Shown here piece by piece: positions 9,540 to 18,862 of a stretch of 64,000 bases of DNA (position 1 is its first letter; each line of letters starts with the position of its first letter). The DNA lies in NCBI GenBank assembly GCA_039683515.1, contig JBDKRG010000011.1, positions 14,328 through 78,327 of the forward strand, in the 5' to 3' direction. The position numbers were made by a program, and so were the translations under genes. This stretch comes from Candidatus Sumerlaeia bacterium (GTDB lineage Bacteria > Sumerlaeota > Sumerlaeia > MVZB01). The notes under the pieces are model-generated. The model was not told where the DNA came from and made no database searches. It saw only the letters and a program-made list of their open reading frames with translations.

Positions 9540-10082
9540 TCATTGACGTTTACCCGCATTTTGAGTTTGCAACCCTTTTTCCAGGTTATAGAGCATGCCG
9601 CCGGGCGGCGCGGAGGGATCCGTCACGCCGGGCCGAAGCAATACCGTCACCTTCCGGCCCGAAACCGACGCTACAGGTTGTTCGAGTCCCTCGTCCTTGG
9701 CGTCCAGGTATTCGACCGCAAGTCGGGTCGACGAATCCCATTTCAGGTTGGCTCCGTAAGCGCGCGAATTTCGGACCGCCGCATACAGGAACGCAACCTG
9801 GCTTCCCTTTGCCTTTTTGCCGTGCGGCACGATGAAGATTGCATAGCCGAACGACGTTGTCGCGCCACCGTTGGACTCGACAAGAACGGCATCCAAAACC
9901 CCATCGGGAGAAACAACGCGCGCGACCTCGTCATGACTGGGACCGTCCAAAATTAGAACCAAACAGAAGAGGGCGTACGGCAACAAGCTGACCACTGCCA
10001 AAATCGAAACGACTGCGGCAATCTTTATGATTGCCGGCATCAAGATTCGTTTCGCAGAAATTCTAGCCAGATATTTTCGCAT
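9540..10082 (-). CDS. Hypothetical membrane-anchored protein (N-terminal transmembrane segment, about 130-aa extracytoplasmic domain)
   Basis: A hydrophobic N-terminal helix (IIKIAAVVSILAVVSLLPYALFCLVLIL) is followed by a soluble domain. No family recognised. It lies next to a very AT-rich spacer (9360-9545). Confidence 0.45.
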   Translation of the reverse strand: MRKYLARISAKRILMPAIIKIAAVVSILAVVSLLPYALFCLVLILDGPSHDEVARVVSPDGVLDAVLVESNGGATTSFGYAIFIVPHGKKAKGSQVAFLYAAVRNSRAYGANLKWDSSTRLAVEYLDAKDEGLEQPVASVSGRKVTVLLRPGVTDPSAPPGGMLYNLEKGLQTQNAGKRQ

Positions 10083-10093
10083 TCAATCAGGGG

Positions 10094-10969
10094 TCAATCC
10101 TTCTCCGCCTGGTGCGGGTCGAGGGCGGCGCGGAGGGACTCGCCGAGCGTCTGGAACAGGAACATCGTCAGGCAGATCGAGATCGCGGGGAAGGCCAGCA
10201 CGTGCGGGTGCGACATGAGCGCGTCGCGGCCCTCGGCGGCGAGCGTCCCCCACGAGGCGTGCGGCGCGGTCACGCCCAGGCCGATGAAGCTCAGGAACGA
10301 CTCGGTGAAGATCGCCTGCGGGATCATGAACGTGGCGGTGACGACGACCACGCCGGTCGTGTTGGGCAATATGTGCCGCCTGAAAATCCGCCAGAAACCG
10401 GCGCCGAGCGCGCGGGCGGCCTCGACGAACTCGCGCGTGCGCAGCTCGGCCACGCGGACGCGCACGACGCGGGCCATCTGGAGCCAGTAGACCAGCCCGA
10501 GCGCGATGAAGATATTGGTCAGCCGCGGGCCGGTCACGACCATCAGCGCGATGACGACGAGCAGGAGCGGCACGGCGTAGAGGAAATCGACGAGGCGCAT
10601 GAGCGCGGCCTCGACCAGTCCGCCGCGCAGGCCGGCGACGCCGCCGACGGTGACGCCGATGAGGAGGCTCACGAGCGCGCCCATCGCGCCGACGGCGAGC
10701 GAGATGCGCCCGCCGTACAGGACGCGCGTCAGCAGGTCGCGGCCGAGCGCGTCGGTCCCCATCCAATGCGCGGCGCTCGGGCCGGCATAGGTGTGGTAGA
10801 GGTCCTGCTCGCTTTCGGCGTAGGGGCTCAGCAGCGGGCCGATCAGGACGGTCAGGATCATGAGCATTAACCCGGCCAGCGCAACCCGGAACGCCTTGTC
10901 GCGGCGCATGCGCAGCCACCAGCGCGGCGCGCCGGCGGTCGAGCGGACCTGGGCGGGAGCCATCGTCAT
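10094..10969 (-). CDS. dppC: ABC transporter permease, DppC/OppC family
   Basis: The real protein begins MTMAPAQVRS... (291 aa) and carries the EAA-like motif region EAARALGAGFWRIFRRHILPN. The longer track ORF 10094..11893 is an out-of-frame extension. There is an ATGA start/stop overlap with the upstream permease gene. Confidence 0.85.
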   Translation of the reverse strand: MTMAPAQVRSTAGAPRWWLRMRRDKAFRVALAGLMLMILTVLIGPLLSPYAESEQDLYHTYAGPSAAHWMGTDALGRDLLTRVLYGGRISLAVGAMGALVSLLIGVTVGGVAGLRGGLVEAALMRLVDFLYAVPLLLVVIALMVVTGPRLTNIFIALGLVYWLQMARVVRVRVAELRTREFVEAARALGAGFWRIFRRHILPNTTGVVVVTATFMIPQAIFTESFLSFIGLGVTAPHASWGTLAAEGRDALMSHPHVLAFPAISICLTMFLFQTLGESLRAALDPHQAEKD

Positions 10970-11886
10970 CGCACGCGCGTCCTCGGATCGATCCATTTGG
11001 CGGCGCCGTCGGCAAACAGGTTCAAGCTGACGAGCAGGACCGTGTAGAACACGGTCAGGCCCATGATCATCGGGTAATTGCGGTTGCTGATCGAGTTGAC
11101 GAAATCGCGGCCGAGGCCGGGGATGTCGAAGATCAATTCCACGACGAACGAGCCGGTCATGATCGCGGCGGCCTGCGGGCCGAGGAACGCCAGCACCGGC
11201 GCGAGGATGTGCCGCATGGCGTGGTAGACGACGATGCGCCACGGGGGGACGCCCTTGGCCCGGGCGGTGCGCAGGAAATCGCTGCGCAGGACTTCGGAGA
11301 GCTCGCTGCGCACGAGCCGCGCCAGGTAGGCGGTCGGCAGCGCGGCAAGCGATAGCGCCGGCAGGACGTAGCCGCCCGACGCGGGGAACAGCCGCAGCTT
11401 CAGGGCAAACACGTAGAGCAAAAGGGTGGCGAGGATGAACGAGGGGATGGCGACGCCCGCCGAGGCGACCGTGGCGTTGAGGTGGTCGGGCCAGCGGCCG
11501 GGGCGCAGCGCGGCGGCCACGCCGATCGGGAAGGCAAGGATGAGCGCGAACGCCAGCGCGACCAGGCCGAGCTTGGCCGAAACCGGAAACCGCTGAGAGA
11601 TCAGTTCGCCGACGGAGCGGCCGGGGTGATCGTAGGACGGACCGAACCGGCCGGTCGCGGCGTCGCCAAGATAACGGGCGTATTGCTTCCACGCCGGCTC
11701 GTCGAGGTGGTAGTGGCGCTCGATCGCCTGCTGGACGGCGGCCGGGAGCTTGCGGTCGCGGCTGAACGGCCCGCCGGGGACGACGCGCATGAGCAGGAAC
11801 GTGGTCGTCGCCACGGCCCACGCCACCATCAGCACGACGAGCGCCGAGCGCAGGACAAGCCAGGCAAACCGCAGCGGTGTCTTCAT
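10966..11886 (-). CDS. dppB: ABC transporter permease, DppB/OppB family
   Basis: MKTPLRFAWLVLRSALVVL... begins at M35 of the track ORF; residues 1-34 are translated tandem repeat. Typical OppB BPD_transp_1 core (LRTARAKGVPPWRIVVYHAMRHIL). Confidence 0.85.
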   Translation of the reverse strand: MKTPLRFAWLVLRSALVVLMVAWAVATTTFLLMRVVPGGPFSRDRKLPAAVQQAIERHYHLDEPAWKQYARYLGDAATGRFGPSYDHPGRSVGELISQRFPVSAKLGLVALAFALILAFPIGVAAALRPGRWPDHLNATVASAGVAIPSFILATLLLYVFALKLRLFPASGGYVLPALSLAALPTAYLARLVRSELSEVLRSDFLRTARAKGVPPWRIVVYHAMRHILAPVLAFLGPQAAAIMTGSFVVELIFDIPGLGRDFVNSISNRNYPMIMGLTVFYTVLLVSLNLFADGAAKWIDPRTRVR

Positions 11887-11906
11887 CGGGCAAGCAGGAC
11901 CTCGGG

Positions 11907-11967
11907 TCGAATGGACGAAACGGGCCGAATGGACCGAATGGACCGAATGGACCGATTTGAACGGACC
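11907..11967. repeat. Tandem decamer (GAATGGACC(G/A)) x about 5 in the dppB 5' leader
   Basis: tcgaatggacgaaacgggccgaatggaccgaatggaccgaatggaccgatttgaacggacc. Confidence 0.8.
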
Positions 11968-12170
11968 TTCGGTTTTTACGCCAGTCAAATTTCGCTCATA
12001 AGTGAATCTTCATTCCGCAATTTGCAATCAACACGATCCGAAATTCCCAAAATGGTTGACGTTGATGGGGAAATCACCTATCACATTAATCAGGGTCCAA
12101 ACCCACCATGACACCAACGTGCGAGAAGTCATGAGGGGCAGCGGTCTGCTTGAGGGTTTGACAGGAGTTT

Positions 12171-12413
12171 TTGTTTGAAATGGGATACCGCGACTACGAA
12201 ATACCGATGGAGCTGTTCACCCGCCTTTCCGAAACCGTCCATCTGAATGACGATCAATTGCGCCGCCAGATTCAGAAGGGCGCCGGCGAGCCGATCTACC
12301 GCATCGATCAGCTCGAGCGCCTTTACGGTGACATGGCCTTGGAGCCGCTGATCAAACTGGAATTCGACCGGTTCGACATCCCGCGCCGCAACGGGAAGCG
12401 GAACCGGCGCTAA
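12171..12413 (+). CDS. Small hypothetical protein (80 aa)
   Basis: Clean GC3-rich codon usage and no overlap with a better gene: MGYRDYEIPMELFTRLSETVHLNDDQLRRQIQKGAGEPIYRIDQLERLYGDMALEPLIKLEFDRFDIPRRNGKRNRR. Confidence 0.4.
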   Translation: MFEMGYRDYEIPMELFTRLSETVHLNDDQLRRQIQKGAGEPIYRIDQLERLYGDMALEPLIKLEFDRFDIPRRNGKRNRR

Positions 12414-12438
12414 ACAGGTTTTCCTACCGGGGCAACGC

Positions 12439-13059
12439 ATGCGTTCCAAACTGATGCTGGCCGTCGTCGTCGCCGCGCTGGCGTGGGCCGCGGCCGCGTT
12501 GTATCAGCAATCGAACTGGAAAATCGTGAACAACCCGCCGCCGGCCGGGCCGATCGTCGCGCTCGGCGACAGCCTGACGTTCGGGTTCGGCGCCGACAAA
12601 GGCGGGTCCTACCCCGAACAGCTCGGCAAGCTGATCGGCCGCGCCGTCGTCAACCGGGGCGTCAACGGCGACAAGATCGCCGACGCCGCGGCTCGGCTCG
12701 ACAAGGACGTCCTCGCGCTCAAGCCGTCGATCGTCATTATCCTGCTGGGCGGCAACGACATCCTCACGCAGCAGCCGATGGACCAGAGCTTCAAGACGCT
12801 CGAGGGGATCGTGCGGCGCGTGCAGGGGCGCGGGGCGATGGTCGTTCTCGTCGGCCTGCGCGTCATCGCGCCGGTCGGCGGGGTCGGGGCGCGCTACCAC
12901 AAGCTCGCGCGCCAGACCGGCTGCTTGTTTGTCGACGACATCCTCGACGACATCTACGGCCAGCGCTCGCTCATGTCCGACCAGATCCACCCCAATACGA
13001 AGGGCTACAAGATCATGGCCGAGCGGGTCGCCGGCAAGCTGAAACCGTATATTAAATAA
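12439..13059 (+). CDS. SGNH/GDSL hydrolase (TesA/arylesterase-like), secreted
   Basis: A signal peptide is followed by the GDSLT block (ALGDSLTFG), GGNDIL and DQIHPNTKGY (DxxH). Confidence 0.85.
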   Translation: MRSKLMLAVVVAALAWAAAALYQQSNWKIVNNPPPAGPIVALGDSLTFGFGADKGGSYPEQLGKLIGRAVVNRGVNGDKIADAAARLDKDVLALKPSIVIILLGGNDILTQQPMDQSFKTLEGIVRRVQGRGAMVVLVGLRVIAPVGGVGARYHKLARQTGCLFVDDILDDIYGQRSLMSDQIHPNTKGYKIMAERVAGKLKPYIK

Positions 13060-13155
13060 GCATGATTGCGACCATGGGACCTATACGGTCGGGCCACGCT
13101 TGCAAGTCGACTCTGCGGATTTTATGGTATCTCATCTGGTTAAGGGGTAAGTGAC

Positions 13156-14082
13156 ATGAATTCCGTGCGCGTTGCCGTTGTGCAGGCCGGGGCCGTTCCG
13201 TTCAACACCGAAGCGTGCGTCGAGAAGGCCGTCGGGCTCATTCGCGAGGGGGCGGCCACGGGCGCCAAGGTCCTGGTATTCCCCGAGGCGTTCATCGTCG
13301 GCTACCCGAAAGGGCTCAACTACGGCCTGGCCGTCGGGACTCGCGACGACGCCGGGCGCGAGGAATTCCGGCTCTACCTCGACGCGGCGATCCAGGTGCC
13401 CGGCCCGCAAACGCGGCGCATCGGCGAGGCCGCGGCGGCGCACGGCGTTTACGTGGTGATCGGCGCGATCGAGCGCGAGGGGGGGACGTGCTACTGCACG
13501 GTCCTGTTCTTCGGCCCCGACGGCGCGCTGCTCGGCAAGCACCGCAAGCTCATGCCGACGGCGATGGAGCGCCAGATCTGGGGGTTCGGCGACGGCTCGA
13601 CGCTGACGGTCGTCGACAGCCCGTACGGCAGGATCGGCGCGGTCGTGTGCTGGGAGAACTACATGCCGATGCTGCGCATGGCGATGTATGCCAAGGGGGT
13701 CGCGCTCTACTGCGCGCCGACGGCCGACGACCGCGAGACGTGGCTCCCCACGATGCGCCACATCGCGCTCGAGGGCCGCTGCTTCGTTCTGGCCGCCAAC
13801 CAGTTCTTGCGCAAAAAGGATTTCCCCGACACCGTGCGCGTGACGATCGGCGAGACGCCGGACGCCGTCCTCATGAAGGGGGGCAGCATGATCGTCAACC
13901 CCCTGGGCAAGGTCCTGGCCGGCCCGGATTTCTCCGGCGAGACGATCCTCACCGCCGACCTCGACCTGGACGACATCGGCCGCGGCAAGTTCGACTTCGA
14001 CGTCGCCGGCCACTTCGCCCGGCCCGACGTGTTCCAACTGATCGTCAACGAAAAGCAGGCTCAGCCCGTCGTGACAAAGTAA
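13156..14082 (+). CDS. Nitrilase/cyanide-hydratase family carbon-nitrogen hydrolase
   Basis: The catalytic triad is present: E in FPEAF, K in HRKLMPT, and C in VCWENYMP. 308 aa. Confidence 0.9.
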   Translation: MNSVRVAVVQAGAVPFNTEACVEKAVGLIREGAATGAKVLVFPEAFIVGYPKGLNYGLAVGTRDDAGREEFRLYLDAAIQVPGPQTRRIGEAAAAHGVYVVIGAIEREGGTCYCTVLFFGPDGALLGKHRKLMPTAMERQIWGFGDGSTLTVVDSPYGRIGAVVCWENYMPMLRMAMYAKGVALYCAPTADDRETWLPTMRHIALEGRCFVLAANQFLRKKDFPDTVRVTIGETPDAVLMKGGSMIVNPLGKVLAGPDFSGETILTADLDLDDIGRGKFDFDVAGHFARPDVFQLIVNEKQAQPVVTK

Positions 14083-14089
14083 CGAACCA

Positions 14090-15667
14090 TCATCGGTATA
14101 AAAACCACTCGCGAGCGGCAGTTTGATTGATCGTGAGGCATAGGCTCCACAAGTCGCTGTTGTACTCGTTGTCTGCGGGATTGAGCGTGGCGGGAAAATC
14201 CCCATATGGTTGCGCCACGGTGAATCCGGCGTTCCATTCGCTTCCCTCGGCATAACTCGCCACGTCGGATGTCGAGTCGGTCTGCCATGCGAGCCAGTAT
14301 GTGCCCGGGCTGAGCTTGGCCAGCATATTATTGTGCTTCGGCGGCGTGACAACCCACGTGTTCGAGGTCTCGACGTCGCTCGGAATCGATTGCCAGAGAA
14401 GCTGCCGCGGCGAACTGTCGTCGTAGATGGCCAGACGCACATGGCCTCCGCCGGCATGCGCATAAAACCTCATGTCCTTGACGGTTGCCGGTTGAGTCAG
14501 GGTGACTTTGCTGGCGTGGAGCGTGTTTTTGTGAGTGTAGGCGACCTTTGCCAATGTTTGAGTCGTGAATGTGTTAAAATTGCCCATAATCCCATACATA
14601 TAGCCGTTTTCACGGTCGAGCCAGGACGGGTACAGCGTCCGGTTATCGTCAGGCGAGACGAACTTGCCGGCGATCGTAAAGTCCGCCAGGCGCACCCTGA
14701 TGACGTATCCCTGATAAGTGCTTCGTGTCGCAAAATAACCATAGCCATTCGACGGATCGATCAATGCAGCGATGAAATGGTATCCATAATAAACTTGTAT
14801 AAATCCGGCATACGAAAAATCGGACAATCGAACCCTCGCAATGAGCGCGCTCCCCATGATGGTGTCCATGGCGAAATATGCATAGCCGCCGGCCGGGTCG
14901 ATCGCGGCGCATTCAAACCTGCTTGTGTTGTGCGGCAACGTCAGCGTTCCCACGCGCGTGAAGTCCGAGAGCCGGATCTTGACGACCTTTCCTGGAAAAG
15001 CGCCCACGCCAAAATACGCAAAACCGGCTGATTCATCGAGAACGGCACAAAGTGGGCTTTCGCCCGCCTCAAGCGGCATCGTCTGCACGCGCGTAAAATC
15101 GGAGCTTCGAATTTTAACGATTTTTCCGCTGGTCGAGCCGAGTCCGAAATAAATATGCCTGTCGGATGGGTCGAAAAGGGAACAAGAAATATTTTTTTCA
15201 CCGCTAAGCGTCATGGATGAGAGCCGGGTCAGATCGGCAAGCCGCACGCGAACGATGATGGCCGGATCGGTATAGGCTGCAAGATAAAGGGTCCCCGAGG
15301 TCGGGTCGATAACGCCGCTGGGGAACCTGGTTTCGCCCGGATTCAGCATGAGCTCCTTTTCAATCGCCATGTCGGCAAACCTGATCTTTTTTACGATTCC
15401 GGGCGAACCGCCGGTGAGGTAATACACGTATCCATCCAACGGGCCAAACAAATGGGTTCCGCTGGTTGATCGAAGATCCGACTCGCGAACGAGCTGCATG
15501 CCGGCGTTGGGGTATGCGGTTGTTCCGGGGGTTGTGCTGCCAGCCGTCGCGGCGCCAAACGACTGGATCTGGAGAAGGATATACAACACCAGGAAAATGA
15601 TATGTCTGGCATTCAACGTCAGAGGCTCCGTCTTTAGGCTCGTCCCACCGAACAGTTTATATATCAA
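14090..15667 (-). CDS. Secreted YVTN-type beta-propeller repeat protein with a C-terminal extra domain
   Basis: Signal peptide. About 6-7 repeats of approximately 45 aa (G.VVKIRLSDFTRV.TLTL...IDP..GYAYF). GC content is noticeably lower than the surrounding DNA. The true start may be an internal TTG (NARHIIFLVLYILLQ...). Confidence 0.6.
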   Translation of the reverse strand: MIYKLFGGTSLKTEPLTLNARHIIFLVLYILLQIQSFGAATAGSTTPGTTAYPNAGMQLVRESDLRSTSGTHLFGPLDGYVYYLTGGSPGIVKKIRFADMAIEKELMLNPGETRFPSGVIDPTSGTLYLAAYTDPAIIVRVRLADLTRLSSMTLSGEKNISCSLFDPSDRHIYFGLGSTSGKIVKIRSSDFTRVQTMPLEAGESPLCAVLDESAGFAYFGVGAFPGKVVKIRLSDFTRVGTLTLPHNTSRFECAAIDPAGGYAYFAMDTIMGSALIARVRLSDFSYAGFIQVYYGYHFIAALIDPSNGYGYFATRSTYQGYVIRVRLADFTIAGKFVSPDDNRTLYPSWLDRENGYMYGIMGNFNTFTTQTLAKVAYTHKNTLHASKVTLTQPATVKDMRFYAHAGGGHVRLAIYDDSSPRQLLWQSIPSDVETSNTWVVTPPKHNNMLAKLSPGTYWLAWQTDSTSDVASYAEGSEWNAGFTVAQPYGDFPATLNPADNEYNSDLWSLCLTINQTAAREWFLYR

Positions 15668-15806
15668 CCCATGTCGGTTGACAATCGCTAACCGGCGAGG
15701 ATTCTGGTTGCATGAGTGCCGGGTGGCGTTGTGAGGTGAATGGGTGTAACCTGAATGTGTAAGCGCTTTGCGACGGCGATAATGGATTTAAGGAAGGGCC
15801 CTGGAA

Positions 15807-17090
15807 TTGGAAGAGATCAAGGCAAATGCGGAGCGGCGGCAGCGGGCGTTGCTGATCGGGATCCACGCCGAGGGGACCTCGCGCGAGGAGGCCGAGGACC
15901 ACGTCGAGGAGCTGGCGAGCCTGACCGACACGATGGGGGCCGAGGTCGCCGGCATGGAAATCGTGCGGATGGGGCGGCCGACGCCGCATTTCTACCTGGG
16001 CAGCGGCAAGGCCGAGGAGATCAAGGCGATCGCCGAGGCCGAGGAGGCCGACGTGCTGATCTTCGACTTCGACCTGAGCCCGAGCCAGCAGCGCAACTGG
16101 GAAAAATTCACCGAGCGCGCCGTGATCGACCGGCAGGAGGTCATCCTCGACATCTTCGCGAGCCGCGCCCAGACGCGCGAGGCGCGGCTGCAGGTCGGCC
16201 TCGCGCGCATGGAATACAGCCTGCCCCGGCTGCGGCGCGCGTGGACGCACCTGGAGCGCCAGCGCGGCGGCGCGGGCCTGCGCGGCGGCCCCGGCGAACT
16301 CCAACTCGAAGTCGACCGCCGCGCCGCGATGGAGCGCATCGCGCGGTTCAAGCGCGAGCTCAAGCAGGTCCGCATGCAGCGCCAGGTGCAGCGCAAGAGC
16401 CGCTCGACGCGGCCGATCCCGTCGGCGGCGATCGTCGGCTACACCAACGCCGGCAAAAGCTCGCTGCTGCGGGCACTGACCGGCGCCGACGTGTTCATCG
16501 AGGACAAGCTGTTCGCGACGCTCGACCCGACGACGCGCCGCATTGAACTTTCCAACCGCCAGCCGCTGCTGCTGACCGACACCGTGGGGTTCATCCGCAA
16601 GCTGCCGCACGACCTCGTCGAGGCGTTCAAGGCGACGCTGGAAGAGGCCGCCATCGCCGACTTCATCGTCCACGTGCTCGACGTGAGCCACCCCAAGATC
16701 GAGGAGCATTACGCCGTCACGAACGAGGTCCTGAAAGATCTGCACGCCGTGCACAAGAAGACGATCCTCGTCCTGAACAAGGCCGACGTCGACCACGACC
16801 CGCTCATCCACGCGCGGATGGCCCGGCACAACCCGCTGTGCTACGAGGTCTCGACGCACACGGGCCAGGGTCTCGAGGTGCTGCGCGAGGCGATGGCGTC
16901 ACACTTCGTGCTGCCGATGGAACGGTTCAGGCTGCACATCCCGCATGGCCGGTTCGACGTGGTCGACCTCGTCCACCGCGAGGGCGAAGTCCTGACCCAG
17001 AAGCACGACGAAACCGGCGTGTGGCTCGAGGCGGACCTGCCGGTGAGGTTCAAGGCGCAGTTCGAGGAATTTATAAAAGAAAAATCCTAA
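15807..17090 (+). CDS. hflX: GTPase HflX
   Basis: An HflX N-domain is followed by a G-domain (GYTNAGKSSLL, DTVGF, NKAD). TTG start in the track. Confidence 0.9.
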   Translation: MEEIKANAERRQRALLIGIHAEGTSREEAEDHVEELASLTDTMGAEVAGMEIVRMGRPTPHFYLGSGKAEEIKAIAEAEEADVLIFDFDLSPSQQRNWEKFTERAVIDRQEVILDIFASRAQTREARLQVGLARMEYSLPRLRRAWTHLERQRGGAGLRGGPGELQLEVDRRAAMERIARFKRELKQVRMQRQVQRKSRSTRPIPSAAIVGYTNAGKSSLLRALTGADVFIEDKLFATLDPTTRRIELSNRQPLLLTDTVGFIRKLPHDLVEAFKATLEEAAIADFIVHVLDVSHPKIEEHYAVTNEVLKDLHAVHKKTILVLNKADVDHDPLIHARMARHNPLCYEVSTHTGQGLEVLREAMASHFVLPMERFRLHIPHGRFDVVDLVHREGEVLTQKHDETGVWLEADLPVRFKAQFEEFIKEKS

Positions 17091-17160
17091 ATTCGAATAT
17101 CGAAATCCGAATATCGAAATCCTAAACAAATCCGAATCTAGAAATTCAAATAATATTCTC
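17091..17160 (+). repeat. Copy B of the AT-rich intergenic element, directly after the hflX stop
   Basis: attcgaatatcgaaatccgaatatcgaaatcctaaacaaatccgaatctagaaattcaaataatattctc. Confidence 0.6.
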
Positions 17161-17455
17161 GTCGCAGAGGGGCAGAGATTGGCAGAGAGCGCGGAGAAGA
17201 ACATATTTTTCTTCTCTGCAAAACTCTGCGTTCTCTGCGACAAAATCTTGCTTTGAATATATTCCTGTCGCGGAGTGGCAGAGAGCGCAGAGAAAAACAT
17301 TTTTTCTTCTCTGCAAAACTCTGCGTTCTCTGCGACAAAATCTTGTTTTGAATATATTCCTGTCGCGAAGGGGCAGAGAGCGCGGAGAAAAAACATATTT
17401 TTCTTCTCCGCATCTCGGCAAAACTTCGCGTTCTCTGCGACAAAAGTTTTATTCA
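17159..17455. repeat. Tandem array of 3 units of approximately 95-107 bp, each an internal hairpin (GTCGCAGAG...CTCTGCGAC family)
   Basis: The units begin at about 17159, 17267 and 17360. The shared core is gcagagagcgc(g/a)gagaa(a/g)aacat(a)tttttcttctctgcaaaactctgcgttctctgcgacaaaatcttg(c/t)tttgaatatattcc. It lies between the convergent hflX and MFS genes. Confidence 0.85.
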
Positions 17456-18726
17456 ACCGGCGCGGCGACGAGATGCAGCTTTGCAAGGCGCAGGGCGAAA
17501 TACACGCCGCCCGCCATGCAGATGACGCCGCAGATGAGGAGCGTCGGCTGGACGCCGATGTGGCGGGCCATGAAGCCGGCCACCAGCGCGCCGAACGGGC
17601 TCACGCCCAGGAACGCCATCGTGAACAGGCTCATGATCCGGCCGCGGTGGGCGTCGCTGACAACGGTCTGAATCATCATGTTGCTCGAGCCGACCTGCAC
17701 GATGAAGCCGTAGCCGAGGCCGATCAGGGCCAGCGCCGACAGCCAGATCCAATGCGAAATCGAAAGGACGATCAGGCCGACGCTGAAGATCAGCGTGGCC
17801 GAGGCGACGGAGCGGTCGAGCCCGCCGATGCCGCGGCGCGAGGCCAGGAACAACGCCGCGCCGAACGTGCCGATGCCGGCGATCGCCGTCAGGTAGCCGA
17901 GCGTATGGCCGTTGCCGTGGAGGACTTTGTCGACGAGCATCGGCATGAGCGCGACGTAGGGCATCCCCACGATGGCGACAAGCGCAACCATGAGCAGAAG
18001 CGACCGGATCGGCGTCGAACGCATGGCGTATGCGAAGCCTTCGCCGATGTTGGTTATAAATTCGCGCAGCAACGAGTCCGATTTCGCGGGCCGGACATCC
18101 TGCGCGGGCAGGCCCCGCATGGCCAGGATCGCCCAAAGGGCGCCGACGTAACTGACGCCGTTGAGCAGGAAGCAGAAGCCGTCGCCCTTGGGAAGAAGCA
18201 GAAACAGCCCGGCGACCGACGGGCCGAGCATGCGCGCGCCGTTGGCCATGATCGAGTTCAGGGCGATGGCGTTGTTCAGGTCCTCCTTGCCGACCATGTG
18301 AACGTAAAACGACTGGCGCAGCGGCAGGTCGAACGCGTTCGCGGTGCCGAGCAGGACGGCCAGGGCCATGATCTGCCAGATGGCGATGTGATCGGTCAGG
18401 ACCAGCGCCGCGAGCGCAAGGGCCTGGAACATCAGGATCGATTGCGTGATGAGCAGGGTGCGCCGGCGGTCGAAGCGGTCCGCGACGAAGCCCGACGCCG
18501 GCCCGAGGAAAAAGACCGGCACCTGCGCGCAAAACACGACTGTGCCGTTCATGGCCGGGTTGTGCGTCAGGCGCCAGACGAGCCAGCCCATGGCGACCTG
18601 CTGCATCCAGGTGCCCATGAACGAAATCGTCTGGCCGATGAAAAACAGGCGGAAATTGCGATGTTCGAGGGCCCGCACCATGAACCACCAGCGTGGCCGG
18701 CGGGGACTGACTGACGAGGGATCCAT
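17449..18726 (-). CDS. MFS transporter (EntS/MFS_3-like, 12 transmembrane segments)
   Basis: 425 aa with multiple hydrophobic helices and an MFS signature region. Confidence 0.85.
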   Translation of the reverse strand: MDPSSVSPRRPRWWFMVRALEHRNFRLFFIGQTISFMGTWMQQVAMGWLVWRLTHNPAMNGTVVFCAQVPVFFLGPASGFVADRFDRRRTLLITQSILMFQALALAALVLTDHIAIWQIMALAVLLGTANAFDLPLRQSFYVHMVGKEDLNNAIALNSIMANGARMLGPSVAGLFLLLPKGDGFCFLLNGVSYVGALWAILAMRGLPAQDVRPAKSDSLLREFITNIGEGFAYAMRSTPIRSLLLMVALVAIVGMPYVALMPMLVDKVLHGNGHTLGYLTAIAGIGTFGAALFLASRRGIGGLDRSVASATLIFSVGLIVLSISHWIWLSALALIGLGYGFIVQVGSSNMMIQTVVSDAHRGRIMSLFTMAFLGVSPFGALVAGFMARHIGVQPTLLICGVICMAGGVYFALRLAKLHLVAAPVE

Positions 18727-18862
18727 GGATCACACCTGCAAAAAAACCTGAACAGAAAGAAGAGATGAGACATGAAAGATGAGAGATGAGATCGAAATCC
18801 CATCCCCCACACCTCAACCCCAACATAGTAGCATCGCGCGCGCGGAGGTTCGATGAATTTGA

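Noticed and set aside
10094-11893. A 599-aa ORF read as one permease.
   Set aside because: Its N-terminal 300 aa are a shadow of dppB. Only the C-terminal 291 aa form the DppC-like permease.
17159-17455. Possible CRISPR array.
   Set aside because: The units are about 95-107 bp with near-identical sequence throughout. There are no unique spacers, no cas genes, and the units have internal dyad symmetry. It is a tandem hairpin repeat, not CRISPR.
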